The position numbers and the translations under genes are program-made. Of a stretch of 64,000 nt of DNA, positions 38,072-49,100 are shown in pieces. The notes under the pieces were generated by a model. It had not been told where the DNA came from. It did no database searches and saw nothing but the letters and a program-made list of their open reading frames with translations. Source of the stretch: Candidatus Woesearchaeota archaeon (lineage in GTDB: Archaea > Nanobdellota > Nanobdellia > Woesearchaeales > GW2011-AR15). Position 1 is the first letter of the stretch. Every line of letters starts with the position of its first letter. Where the stretch lies: NCBI GenBank assembly GCA_016928835.1, contig JAFGJW010000005.1:37815-101814 (forward strand), written 5' to 3'.

Positions 38072-38998
38072 ATGGGGTTTGAGGATATTACTGATTTAAT
38101 TAAATCAACCAGACTCCATCGAACTCTGACTGGTCTTTGTGCAATAATGGTCCCTGTCTCTATTGCTAATTCAATAACAAAAGAGATATTTTTTCTTGGC
38201 CTAAGCGGAATCCTGATATATGCGGCAGCAGGTATCCATAATGCAAAAAGAGATAGTGATTATGCACTACCTTCATACTATAAAATAGTTATAGCACTAA
38301 TCTTGGTTCTTGCATTGTCAATTGCATTTTCAAATAAAATCATACTAATTACAATTTTATTATATACTATATTGGGTTACGTCTACAACAGCTACTCTAG
38401 ATATGTTTTATTTGGAGATGTGACTCTGCTTAGCATAACTCACCATACTATCCCGACAGTTGCTTCCTCAATCCTGCTTGGTTTAAGATCTGCAATAATT
38501 GTCAAACTCAGTGTTTATATGTTTGTCACATTTTGGTTCTTGATACATTTAAAAAACCTTAAAGATACAAGAGAAGACAAAGACAGAGGTTACAAGACTC
38601 TCACAACCGAATTTAAAAATGGCCGTGAATGGACATTGTTCTGCTATGAGATAGGCTTTGCATCAATTGCTTTAGCTTATTTTCTCTTCGGTTTTGGAAT
38701 AAAATATATTTTTTTTTTATTAATAATCTATATTCTAAAGAATCATATTGTACACACTGCTCTCTTTCATAGAGAAAAAGAGTCACTAAATTACATGAGG
38801 TTTATGGTTCTGTTCTTTTTAATTGGGTTTGTATCTGAGTATGCAACAAGTGCTGTTATATATCTTATCTCAGGAGTCATTTTCTCATTGTACACTATCT
38901 TCCTTATTAATGACATTAAGCCAGATCTACTAAACCTAAGCTACAAATTGCAGCACTTCAAACTGATTACAAGGGAAAAGGCAAGCAGGCATGAATGA
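38072..38998 (+). CDS. UbiA-superfamily prenyltransferase (divergent)
   Basis: About 9 TM. First motif degenerate (HNAKRDSD), YN after TM4, second motif KNLKDTREDKDRGYKTL. Confidence 0.75.
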   Translation: MGFEDITDLIKSTRLHRTLTGLCAIMVPVSIANSITKEIFFLGLSGILIYAAAGIHNAKRDSDYALPSYYKIVIALILVLALSIAFSNKIILITILLYTILGYVYNSYSRYVLFGDVTLLSITHHTIPTVASSILLGLRSAIIVKLSVYMFVTFWFLIHLKNLKDTREDKDRGYKTLTTEFKNGREWTLFCYEIGFASIALAYFLFGFGIKYIFFLLIIYILKNHIVHTALFHREKESLNYMRFMVLFFLIGFVSEYATSAVIYLISGVIFSLYTIFLINDIKPDLLNLSYKLQHFKLITREKASRHE

Positions 38999-40112
38999 CA
39001 TAATAATTCTAGGTGCAGGAATAGCAGGCTGCGGACTGGCATACAACCTTTCTAGACGTATAGGTTCAAAGAGAATTAAAATAATAGATCCTCTAGATAG
39101 AAAAAAAGGGCTTCATAATCTAAGAGGAACATTCCATGAGGTTATCAGGGAATACAATCTGCCCTATGAGCATATTTTCAAGGGAGTGTGCTTTGGGGAT
39201 CACAGAAAAAAATATTTAGTCGTGAATGAAAAACTTTTTATTATTGACTATAATAAGATATGTAATTATCTCTTATCAAGATCAAATATTAAGTTAATTA
39301 AGGAAAAAGCATTGTCATTAGAAAATAATTCCTTAATCACAGATAAAAAGAAGTACAAATATCAATATATTATTGATTGCACTGGAATGGCGTTTTTTGC
39401 AAGAAGACTTCTTAAACTCCCTCTCCCCAAAATCTACATGTATGGAAATAGAAGAGTGATTATCGGGAAAATTGAGCCAGATGAATATGTTAACTTTTTA
39501 TCTGAGCCAGATGGTTATGTGGAGGAGTTTTATACTTTAAACAATAAAATATTGCAGGGGGACTGGGGCATAAGCCAAAAAGTTGATTTATCCAAAATAA
39601 CTCCAAGGCCATACAGTTTTTACCATCGTATAGAGGATAGAAAAATAGCATCAAAAGAATTTGTGATGTATCCTATCTCACCGGTCATGCCCCTAAAATA
39701 TAGGAATATCGCCTTTTTAGGAGATGCCTTTGGTAATGCAACACCAAGCACAGGTGAGGGGATCAGGCCAATACTTGATTCTTCAAAAATTCTTGCCAGG
39801 GCAATTGAACTAGAAAATCTGGATTATTACCAAAATCAGTGGAAACAAAGATATCTTGATTCTTATTTAAAAAACCTAATTACAAAACTCGATCTTAAGA
39901 ATAGGGTGAGTATACTAAAGGTCCTACAAAAGAATACAGATAACTTCATTCAGATGATAAAATGTCAGGGCAATGGCAAATCCAAATTACTAATCAGGAA
40001 GCTTCCAAAAAGAATGCTTTTCAAATACGCCTTCATATATGGCTGGTTATATACTATTTATAGTCTATCTGAGTACAAGCACAAAATTAACGAGCTCTTA
40101 ATCTATACTTGA
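38991..40112 (+). CDS. FAD-dependent oxidoreductase (geranylgeranyl reductase / lycopene cyclase-like)
   Basis: DIIILGAGIAG Rossmann motif, IIDCTG, FLGDAFG..TP.TGEGI. Confidence 0.8.
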   Translation: MNDIIILGAGIAGCGLAYNLSRRIGSKRIKIIDPLDRKKGLHNLRGTFHEVIREYNLPYEHIFKGVCFGDHRKKYLVVNEKLFIIDYNKICNYLLSRSNIKLIKEKALSLENNSLITDKKKYKYQYIIDCTGMAFFARRLLKLPLPKIYMYGNRRVIIGKIEPDEYVNFLSEPDGYVEEFYTLNNKILQGDWGISQKVDLSKITPRPYSFYHRIEDRKIASKEFVMYPISPVMPLKYRNIAFLGDAFGNATPSTGEGIRPILDSSKILARAIELENLDYYQNQWKQRYLDSYLKNLITKLDLKNRVSILKVLQKNTDNFIQMIKCQGNGKSKLLIRKLPKRMLFKYAFIYGWLYTIYSLSEYKHKINELLIYT

Positions 40113-41190
40113 ATCTGTAGCATGTGCTTTCAGGCTCAAATTCAATACGTCTCAGCACACATTCTCTGTTGGTAGCCTCATCCAAGAATCCCTGTAATAG
40201 ATGAGCAAAAAAGAAGGGTTTGTATCTGGAATAAGGAGAGTATAAGCAAGTTACTATTGCTCTTTCACTGCTGCAACTGATAAACAATACTCCATTGCCA
40301 AGAGTTGAAAAGATTTTCTCAATTGCATCCATTTTGCTCACATCTTTCCCTAAGTAAAAAGATTTGAGTAGGTTTCTCCCGCTTTTTACCAAAGCTGCCT
40401 CAAACACATCCAGCAGTGATTCTTTTTCATAGTAATAATAAAAAATTCCAAATAGCCCGACTTCAAGGGGGAATATAGTATGATTCATAAAAACCTGTTT
40501 TTGTTTGCTGAAAGTCAGCTGCTTGAATTCTATAAGTTCTTTTATTGAGTGGACATGTCTTACATACTTTATGTGTTTTGGAAAATTGTATTGGTAATAA
40601 TGTTGGCAGGGTGCAAATTCAGAATGCTCCTCTTTTCTACTTTGTGATCTAATATGGATAATTATTTCACAGTAGCTGTCATTAAAGCAGCATTTTGTTT
40701 TTGATGCGTAGACTTCCTTCTTCATAAGTGAACCTATTAGTGCGGCTGTAATGCCAGCATAAAAACTTCCTATCCCTGTTTTCCTACAGATTAGTGTCTC
40801 ACTGCCTCTGATGATTATTTTATCGCTTTGGAAGATTACTTCACTCCTATTGACACCATAGGCACTGAAAATACCAAAAAGCTTCACAATTACCTGCTTC
40901 AATAGTTGTCTAGGTATCCTTACCTTATTGTTTGATAAGCAGGCAAGTCTTTCGCCCATAGCAATACCAATATTATAATATAATTTATTGGTTCTCTCAA
41001 AACCAATTTTTTCTAATGTGAGTTTCTGCATCTCAACAAATGTATCTTCAAAACAATACAGCATTCTCTTTTTTGATCTAGAGAAATGCCCTGTGCTCTC
41101 ACTAATCACAATCCCTGGTTTGTCAATAATATATGTCTTTGGAAGAAGAAGGTTCTTTACAAAAAGCTCGCTTATGCTGTCTAATACCAT
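40087..41190 (-). CDS. Tandem V4R-like domain protein
   Basis: Two repeats: LYYNIGIAMG...SAYG...FYAGITAAL...TKCC.NDSYCEI, and LVKSGR...LGNG...LLQGFLD...C. Confidence 0.65.
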   Translation of the reverse strand: MVLDSISELFVKNLLLPKTYIIDKPGIVISESTGHFSRSKKRMLYCFEDTFVEMQKLTLEKIGFERTNKLYYNIGIAMGERLACLSNNKVRIPRQLLKQVIVKLFGIFSAYGVNRSEVIFQSDKIIIRGSETLICRKTGIGSFYAGITAALIGSLMKKEVYASKTKCCFNDSYCEIIIHIRSQSRKEEHSEFAPCQHYYQYNFPKHIKYVRHVHSIKELIEFKQLTFSKQKQVFMNHTIFPLEVGLFGIFYYYYEKESLLDVFEAALVKSGRNLLKSFYLGKDVSKMDAIEKIFSTLGNGVLFISCSSERAIVTCLYSPYSRYKPFFFAHLLQGFLDEATNRECVLRRIEFEPESTCYRFKYRLRAR

Positions 41191-41198
41191 TCCAACTA

Positions 41199-41927
41199 CT
41201 AACTAAAATCCTTTCTCAAGTCTTTATCCTTTTGAAGAACTATACCCTTTCTTGTTATTTTGAAAGGAAGAGAACTCTCATATTGTTCTGTCCATCTCAT
41301 TTTTGGAATAAAAATTCTCCTCTCCAGATTTCCAAGAGATAAAAAATCCAGTCTGATGATGCCATCAACCATAAAGGGTATATGCCTGTTGATTGGATCG
41401 CTAAGATCATCAGTGTCTTCTAAGATTAAGAGTGTGTTGAGCTCTTTTGCTCTAAACATGGAGAAAGATGCATTCATAATCTTCCTCATCTCGTTTAATT
41501 TATAATCATCTGCACTCATATTACTATAGTTGCAATAGCTGAAGAAACAATTGAAGCTGTCAATGACCAATCTTTTAATTCTGGCATCATTGCTTATTTT
41601 TTTGAACAATGTTGAGTACATCTTTTCAAGGTCAGTATAACTTATACATAATACACTTATTAGTCTCTTTTTCTCATAATCCCTAAACTCCTTTCCCCAG
41701 TCCATGATCCTAAGCACTCTGTCAATATTTTCTCTTGGCTCTTCAAGAGAGATAAATACGCTTTTTCCACCTGCTTTAGCTCCACATAACACAAACTGCA
41801 TGGCAAATATGGATTTGCCCACACCAGCAGGCCCAAGAAGTCCTACAATACTATTTTTTGGCAGGCCGCCTCCAATCATTGAATCAACTGCCTTTATGCC
41901 TGTGCCTACTCTTATGATATCTGTCAT
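41199..41927 (-). CDS. Single-domain KaiC/RAD55-like ATPase (COG0467)
   Basis: TGIKAVDSMIGGGLP, GPAGVGKS, SLEE, RLVIDS, VDGIIRL, IPKMR. Confidence 0.9.
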   Translation of the reverse strand: MTDIIRVGTGIKAVDSMIGGGLPKNSIVGLLGPAGVGKSIFAMQFVLCGAKAGGKSVFISLEEPRENIDRVLRIMDWGKEFRDYEKKRLISVLCISYTDLEKMYSTLFKKISNDARIKRLVIDSFNCFFSYCNYSNMSADDYKLNEMRKIMNASFSMFRAKELNTLLILEDTDDLSDPINRHIPFMVDGIIRLDFLSLGNLERRIFIPKMRWTEQYESSLPFKITRKGIVLQKDKDLRKDFS

Positions 41928-41929
41928 TT

Positions 41930-42232
41930 TTATATCTTAATCCGATCAACAAGATACACATAGATTGATTTTCCTTTGGTATCAAATCTTTGGCATGTTA
42001 CTTCTTTGCTTTTTCTGATATCCTCTCTCAGTTCTCTTGGGATTAGGAAATACTTTGTTGCTTCGTTCTTGCCCCTGAATGAGATTCTGGATTTAATATC
42101 AGCCGCATCTTCAGAGACCACATAGATATTGTCAACAAATCCTTTGAGCTGCAGAGCCTCTTCTTTGTCCACTGCTATTTCATAAATGACTTTTCCGTCT
42201 GGTTGTACTTTAGAGCTTAAAATTGAACCCAT
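41930..42232 (-). CDS. Small protein, possible AbrB-like swapped-hairpin fold
   Basis: RGKNEATKYFLIPRELR resembles an AbrB-type hairpin. First gene of the KaiC-V4R operon, GGGGG RBS. Confidence 0.6.
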   Translation of the reverse strand: MGSILSSKVQPDGKVIYEIAVDKEEALQLKGFVDNIYVVSEDAADIKSRISFRGKNEATKYFLIPRELREDIRKSKEVTCQRFDTKGKSIYVYLVDRIKI

Positions 42233-42459
42233 CTTGACCCCCCTAATCTTGAAAAATAGAAAACTACTATTTAAACTTTTTGGATATTTTTTGGCATTTT
42301 ATTAGAAAATTTATTATAATTTATCCTGTGTTGTGTTATTATTAAGTAACATATAGCACGATTTATTCTCTGAATTTTATCCATAATATATAATTGATAC
42401 GAACAATTTTACTGTTAATAATATGTCTCATATTATGCGCACTTTCTCTATAATATAAA

Positions 42460-42550
42460 AGATATAATATTATATCTAAATAAGTATAATATTCTACTAA
42501 AAACGTAAAATTTATATATTAATTATGTACCAAAAAGGTATAATATTATA
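42460..42550. promoter_or_regulatory. Repeated TATAATATTATA palindromes in a divergent promoter
   Basis: AGATATAATATTATATCT (42460-42477), TATAATATT (42485-42493), TATAATATTATA (42539-42550). Confidence 0.4.
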
Positions 42551-42584
42551 TTATTTTAATTATAATTAGGAGACAGCGATATCA

Positions 42585-43169
42585 GTGATTGAAGATAGTG
42601 TAGATCTGCAAATTGTAGAACTCTATAATAGAGATATTACTGCTCTATACAGCATCAACCAGATCTCAAAGAAATTAAAAAAGGCTTATCCATATATTAA
42701 CAAAAGGGCAAATAGACTTATCAGCAAAGGGATTCTAAAAAAGGTTACTATAGGAAGAAGCTATCTGTGCTCTATCAACCTTAAGAGTGATTCTGCCAGG
42801 GCTTATTTAATGCTGAATGAGATCAAAAATAAAAATACCCTCTATAAAAAAAATAAACTACTCTCTAAGATTGGCTATGAAATAACTAAACTCATCGCTG
42901 AATTTAAAGTTTATTCTGTCTATTATGCTGATGATTCAATTATTTTTCTTTTGGACCATATACATGATAATGAGGCAATAAAAAGAAAATGCTCGATACT
43001 AACACAGTTTAATCCTATCTTCTTTGAAATTAAGGACTTTGAAGAAGAGGTTCTTCAAAATAAAAAGCTGATCAAAGACAAAATTGTGCTTTACGGATAT
43101 GAGAAATTTTTTGAGGTACTCTCTACAGTCGAAGAGCAGCTTAAGATTAAATATGTTTTGATGCAGTAA
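42585..43169 (+). CDS. wHTH transcriptional regulator with degenerate NTase-like C-domain
   Basis: YSINQISKKLKKAYPYINKRANRL..GIL..VTIGRSYLC. GTG start after AGGAG. Leads the giant-protein operon. Confidence 0.75.
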   Translation: MIEDSVDLQIVELYNRDITALYSINQISKKLKKAYPYINKRANRLISKGILKKVTIGRSYLCSINLKSDSARAYLMLNEIKNKNTLYKKNKLLSKIGYEITKLIAEFKVYSVYYADDSIIFLLDHIHDNEAIKRKCSILTQFNPIFFEIKDFEEEVLQNKKLIKDKIVLYGYEKFFEVLSTVEEQLKIKYVLMQ

Positions 43170-43170
43170 A

Positions 43171-46100
43171 ATGTTGACTCCACATACTTTAAGAACAAAT
43201 ACAAAGACTGTATTACTTATCTTGCTATTTAACATACTCACATTGACTACCTTTTCTGAAGATAGACTCATCCAATTAGATAAATATCAATATTTGCCTT
43301 TTGAAAAGGTCAATATCAATCTAAACATAGATATACAGGATACTCACAGGCTTGTTATCAAAAACCAAGGAAAAGAGTACCAGTTGTTTGATCCCAAGCA
43401 GTATACTTACTTTATACCTTCAGCTGAGGGCAGATATGTAGTTGAGTTATACAGCTCAACAGAGCTAATGGCCAGTCAAGAATTTATGGTTGGAGAAGTT
43501 CCTGAGTCAGAACAAAATGAATCAGATCAAACGCATGAAGAAGAGGAACTGCTGGAGAATACCTCTATAATGAATTTAGCAATCTACACCAATAAACCGA
43601 GTTATTCAGTGAATGAACCAGTTCAGATACTCACTTCGTATGAGGGAGGATTTAAAAATCTTATATTGACTGTACACTGCAAAGATATTGCATACAGATT
43701 CATGAATGAGCCACGTTCTGGGATTATGTTTGTTCCGAAGGAACCAGGCGAGTATGTTATTAAGGTAACTGATCCATTAGGCCGGCTTGTTGCAGAAGTA
43801 CAATTTAATGTGGAAGGAATAGTGGAGACTGCACCAGAGGGCATATCTAATTCAGTATCAGAAATTGGAGTGGTAGAAGATGTGGTTGATGCAGAGCCTG
43901 AGGATAATGAAGATACTGAAGAAGTCAGCTATTCTCTTGTCAAAATAAAAAACAGCAATAATGAGCTTTTCGATTCAAAAGCAAAAATATATGGTCAAAC
44001 ACAGACAATACTTGGAAGTTCCAATGTTAGTAGCAGTACCTACACAATGGAAATCCAGCTAGATAACAATAATGGGCCGAAAATTATTTTTAAGGACATA
44101 AAAATTAGTGATTCTATACTTCTTAATTATGAACAACTTGACCAAGGAATAGTTAGGCAAGGTAATCTTGCTTCAAAAAATATTAAGAAAGCTTATGCAA
44201 TCGATCCTTCTACTCTTGAGTTCAGCTCTGGAGAGCTGAGACTAATTGCCGAGGGTACGGAGCTTTTTAAATGCAAAAATTATGATTTTTTATCTAGGTC
44301 ATGTTATGGGTCCTGGGACAAAATAATGGACATTGTTCCTGGACAAGAATACTCCATAATCCTTGGTCCAGAAGACCCTGCTTATGCTGAGGCAGGAGTA
44401 GCCTCAATAAACACAGTTAAGTCAATCTATCACCCAAATGAAACAGCCGGGATAATGATTGTAGTTCTTGACAAGTATGGTCATCTTGTAAGCAATGCTG
44501 AGGTCAATTTGACTATTACAGATCCTAATAACAGCTCTTTTTACTTTAGCACAAATGCAAATACTATCTCAGAAACCCAGACAGGCATTTATAGCCTGAA
44601 TTTTACTCAGACAGAACATGAAGGGAATTATTTGATGAAGATTATTGCATATGGAGCAAACACCAATCAGACAATGCAGTCTTATTTTAATGTGCAGGAG
44701 CACTATGAATTTGATATTTTAAGAAATACTCCAATCACTATTGATCCCTGGAAATATAGGCTCGTATCTAGTATATTAATTGTTTCTAATAATTACACTG
44801 GGAATTTCAGCTTTGCAGAAGTACTTCCACTTGGTTTTGGAATCGAATCCGCAGCAGGTGCTATATTAACATCAGATGAGTCCAATATTTACCTAACATG
44901 GAATAATCTGGCAAATAACTCATTGATAGTCTATTCAAGCTATATTCCTTTAATTACACCCGCACTTTATGAGATTGGTCCTTCTATTATAACTTATGGT
45001 ACAAGCTCTTTTTATGAAGCAAGAGCATGGTATTTAGCTGTTGATCCCTCCCAGGCACAAATGTTTAAAGAAACATTTCCTAATGCAGATGGAACTTGGA
45101 ATGGTGACGGTAACGGCGACACTGCTCAGGATATGACCGGATGGTATGCGTGGCAGGAAGGAGGTGATATGGCAGTGCAGGTCTCTGATTTAGATAATGC
45201 TGCCGGTTCATTGCCGCCTTCAGGCGGAAACCATCTGACTTTTGAGGATTGTGATAACGGATTCAGCAACACGCAATGCCTTGCAGCTATTAACATTAAT
45301 CTCAGCGCCTGTGATTCAGACACTGTTATTAGCTGGTATTGGCAGCATGATGATACAGATGGATTTCCGGCCAATGAAGGCCACCAAGTCCATTATTCAA
45401 CAGACAGCACAACAGGGCAAGATGGCACCTGGACATTAATGGAAGAGCAGATAGATCCGACAGAAAATACTTGGTTCAGAACTTCATACTCAGTGCCTTC
45501 TTCAGCCAATGTGGAAGGATTTTGGGTTCGTTTCAGGGCGAGAATGAATGTTGACGGAGAACATGTATATATAGATGATGTTGAGGCGAACTGCACAATT
45601 GATTATGAGCCTAATGTAACTTTGGAATATCCTCCACAAAACTATCTAAACTCAACTTCAGATCCAGTTAATGTGGTATTCAATTGCAGCGCAAAAGATG
45701 ATTTTGATGTGTATAACATATCGCTCTATATTACAAATGCTTATAACCAAAGTTTTTCTTTTAATAACTCATGCAATGTTGCAACTCAGAATGGGAGCTG
45801 CAACTGGACACTTAGTCTGCATAATGGAAATTATACATGGAATTGCCTTGCCTATGACAACCGCTCTCAGCATGACTGGGGTGATTCAAACAGAAGCCTG
45901 CTAATAGATGATGCATATCCAAATACACCAGTAGTTAACTCATATGAGTGTGAGATTAACTCTGCAGGAAATTGGCAATTATGCAACAATCTTGCTTATG
46001 GTTCAACACTTAGACAAGTAAGGGTAAACTGTACTGTTCAAGGAGCAAATGTAACAAATGTAACAATATCTCTCTTTAATATACCTGATTCTAATTATCT

Positions 46101-49100
46101 GCTTGACAATTATACCAGTGACAATTCCACTGGATACTGGCAGCTCGATATTGATGATATTCTTATTGAAGACTCAGGTGATTTTAATATTAGTATTATT
46201 TGTTTGAGCAGCCGTGGAATAGAAAAAGCTAATAGCACCTTTTGGTCCATACCTTGGGGAACATTAGAAGGTGTTTTACTTAATCCAACTTCCTCAAGGG
46301 ATGTTATTCAAAACACTACTTTTAATTTTAGCTCAAGGGTGAGCTGTATAGGAGGAGAGTGCGGTGATGTTAATGCTACAGCAGGTTATAAAGGAGAGTG
46401 GTGGGACACAAATTGGAACAAGAGACGCTCATTTAATTTAACCAGCCCTGACAATACAGAAAGAATTAACGAGATTGTCAGAGTTAATGTAAGTGGTTTT
46501 GGAGGAAGTTTATCCAGCTGTGATGATGAGCTGAGGATTATCTCTGGATTAACAAGCGAGCAGTTTGCAGAGATTCCTTTCACTGTAGAATCTGGTGACA
46601 ACAGCACATGGTGTTATGTAAGGTTCTTGGCTAATGTCAGCTCCACTACTCCCACACACTACTATGCATATTATAATAATATCGCTGCCACAAACCCGGG
46701 ATATTCTGCTGTGAAAATTTCCTATGTTGATAACTCCAATTTTTCAGCAACAACAGACTGGACTTATTATGAGACTGAGCCTGATGATACAGGTGAATAC
46801 ACAACAGCTCAGTCATACTCGCCCACACAATCATATAATATATATACAGGAACCGCAGCTACTCAAGGCAATTATGCTGAGATATTCCAGGATATTGTAT
46901 TGCCATGTCATAATTGCTCTTTAACTGTAAGTGCATATAACAGACTTGAAAGCGCAGGCACAACAGAAAATGCCTTTTATGCCCAGATAATTATGGATAC
47001 AACCACTCTTTCGAGTGTTGGCACACCTCCAGACGGATCCTCTCCAATAGACTGGACAATGAGAAGCAATACTTACACGCCTTCTTCAAGCGTAGAGCGT
47101 CTTCATCTCCGTTTCCTGAGTGATGTCACTTTTGCAAGCGGGTGGGGACAGCGTGATGTTTTTTGGGACAATGTTGAAATTGCTCCTGTTAACCCTATAA
47201 ACAACGTAGTTACAATTGGTAGTGAAGAGAATCTAGTTGTTCCAATCTCAACAACACCTTCGGCTGCTCCTTTCTGGACCTCTTCCAGTAATCCATATAC
47301 TCCTTTAACAAGGCCTTGCCTCGGAAACCTGAAATCAGGAGAATCTTGCGATACAACTTGGATTGTAAATGCAACAGGAGCTATAAACAGCAAATGGGAT
47401 TTATTAGTCCAATATGCGCCGACAACATATGCATCATACATCTCTAATAATATAACCTCTCATGTAGAAATTACCATTGTGGATTATATTAGGCCAGAGA
47501 TATCAAATATTCAATGCAAGGAGATTGCCCAAGCATGGGGAGATTGTTCTGATGTCCAATTTAATGACCAGTTAGATGCTATTAGAGCCCAATGTATATA
47601 TGATGTAGGAGACCCTATACAGAATATGACCTTTAAGTTAACCAATATAAATGATAACTATGTTTATTTTGATAGTGTTACCGCAGACAATTCTTCGGGT
47701 TATTGGTTACTAAATATTTCTGATATAACTATAAGGGATTCTGGAGATTTTAATTTATATGCAACCTGTACTGCTAACCCGACAGGAGTTGATGATATTA
47801 ACTGGAGTATTCCGTTTGGCTTTTTGACACTAGGCTTATTACCCTTCACTAATCAGAATAGGAATGTAACACAGAACCAATTTTTTACCTTCAGGGCTGA
47901 GCTCAATTGTAATGGTGGAGAATGTGGAGACTCAAATGCAAGTTTATGGTACAAAAATGCAGACACTAGTTTACAGGTTATTGAATTTATTGGTTTTGAA
48001 GATGATGCTGTTGAAGAAGCGAAGTGGATTGATGATGCTGCACCTAGCGGAGTTCTAAGTGTGGAAGCAGGAGCAGACTGGAACCCTAGGACAGGCAGTT
48101 ATGCATTGGCAATGACAGGCAACATTGACCCGGCTTTAGACTATTGGTACAGAAACATTAGCCTTGCTGGTTACGAGGATGTTTCTATTGAGATGTATTC
48201 AAGCACAGAAGATACAGAATCAGCAGATGATTATATTATGTATTATTGGAATGGGAGTGAATATTCTTTTATGTGGGAAGACCTTAATCGAGATAGCGGT
48301 AGTCAGACTGTCTGGTCACAGCATATAACACCAATTCCATATTCCGAAGTCACTAACGACTTCAGAATCCGTGTTGGGTGGAGTACCTCTTCAGCTGCTG
48401 AAACCATGATACTTGATGATGTTAATGTTAGTGGATATAAGCTCTATTACTGGAATCTGCTTAATACGACCTCTGGAGATTTACCCTTATACACTATTGA
48501 TTCAAATCCGTTATACCCATTAGATACGAGCTGTTTGCATAATATGAGCGGCGGTGATAGTTGTACTCTTGAGTGGCAGGTCAATGCAACAGGTAGTATT
48601 AGCTCTGTTTGGAATATGATAGTATGGTCTGAACCACTCAATTATTCACAGAATGTTTCTAGGATAAACTCATCAATTATCAATCTGACTATTGTGAATA
48701 ATGCCTTACCTCATGTTGTTGATATATCCTTAACTCCGGATTATCCTGAAGATTTCAATGACCTAGTATGTTTCTTCACCGTCGAAGACCCAGACGTATT
48801 TGATGATTTATATGTGAATGTAACCTGGTTTAGAGACAATATAAGTTTTGAATCTAATATAATTAATGTGACATCTGGTATAGAATATTCTGATATTATG
48901 GAATCATCAAATACGTCTATTAATGATGAATGGTATTGTCAAGTAACTCCCTTTGACAATGTTGGAGCAGGCAATACAACAAATTCCTCTGTTGTTACAA
49001 TATTATCAGATGCTCCTCCTCTCATACATTACATTCAATGTCAGGAAGACAATATGACTTGGGGAGATTGCAGCATTATTGGTTTTAGTGATTATCTTAC

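Noticed and set aside
41199-41927. Circadian KaiC or RadA/RadB recombinase
   Set aside because: Single domain, no kaiA/kaiB, no RadA N-terminal HhH. Fits the generic archaeal COG0467 family.
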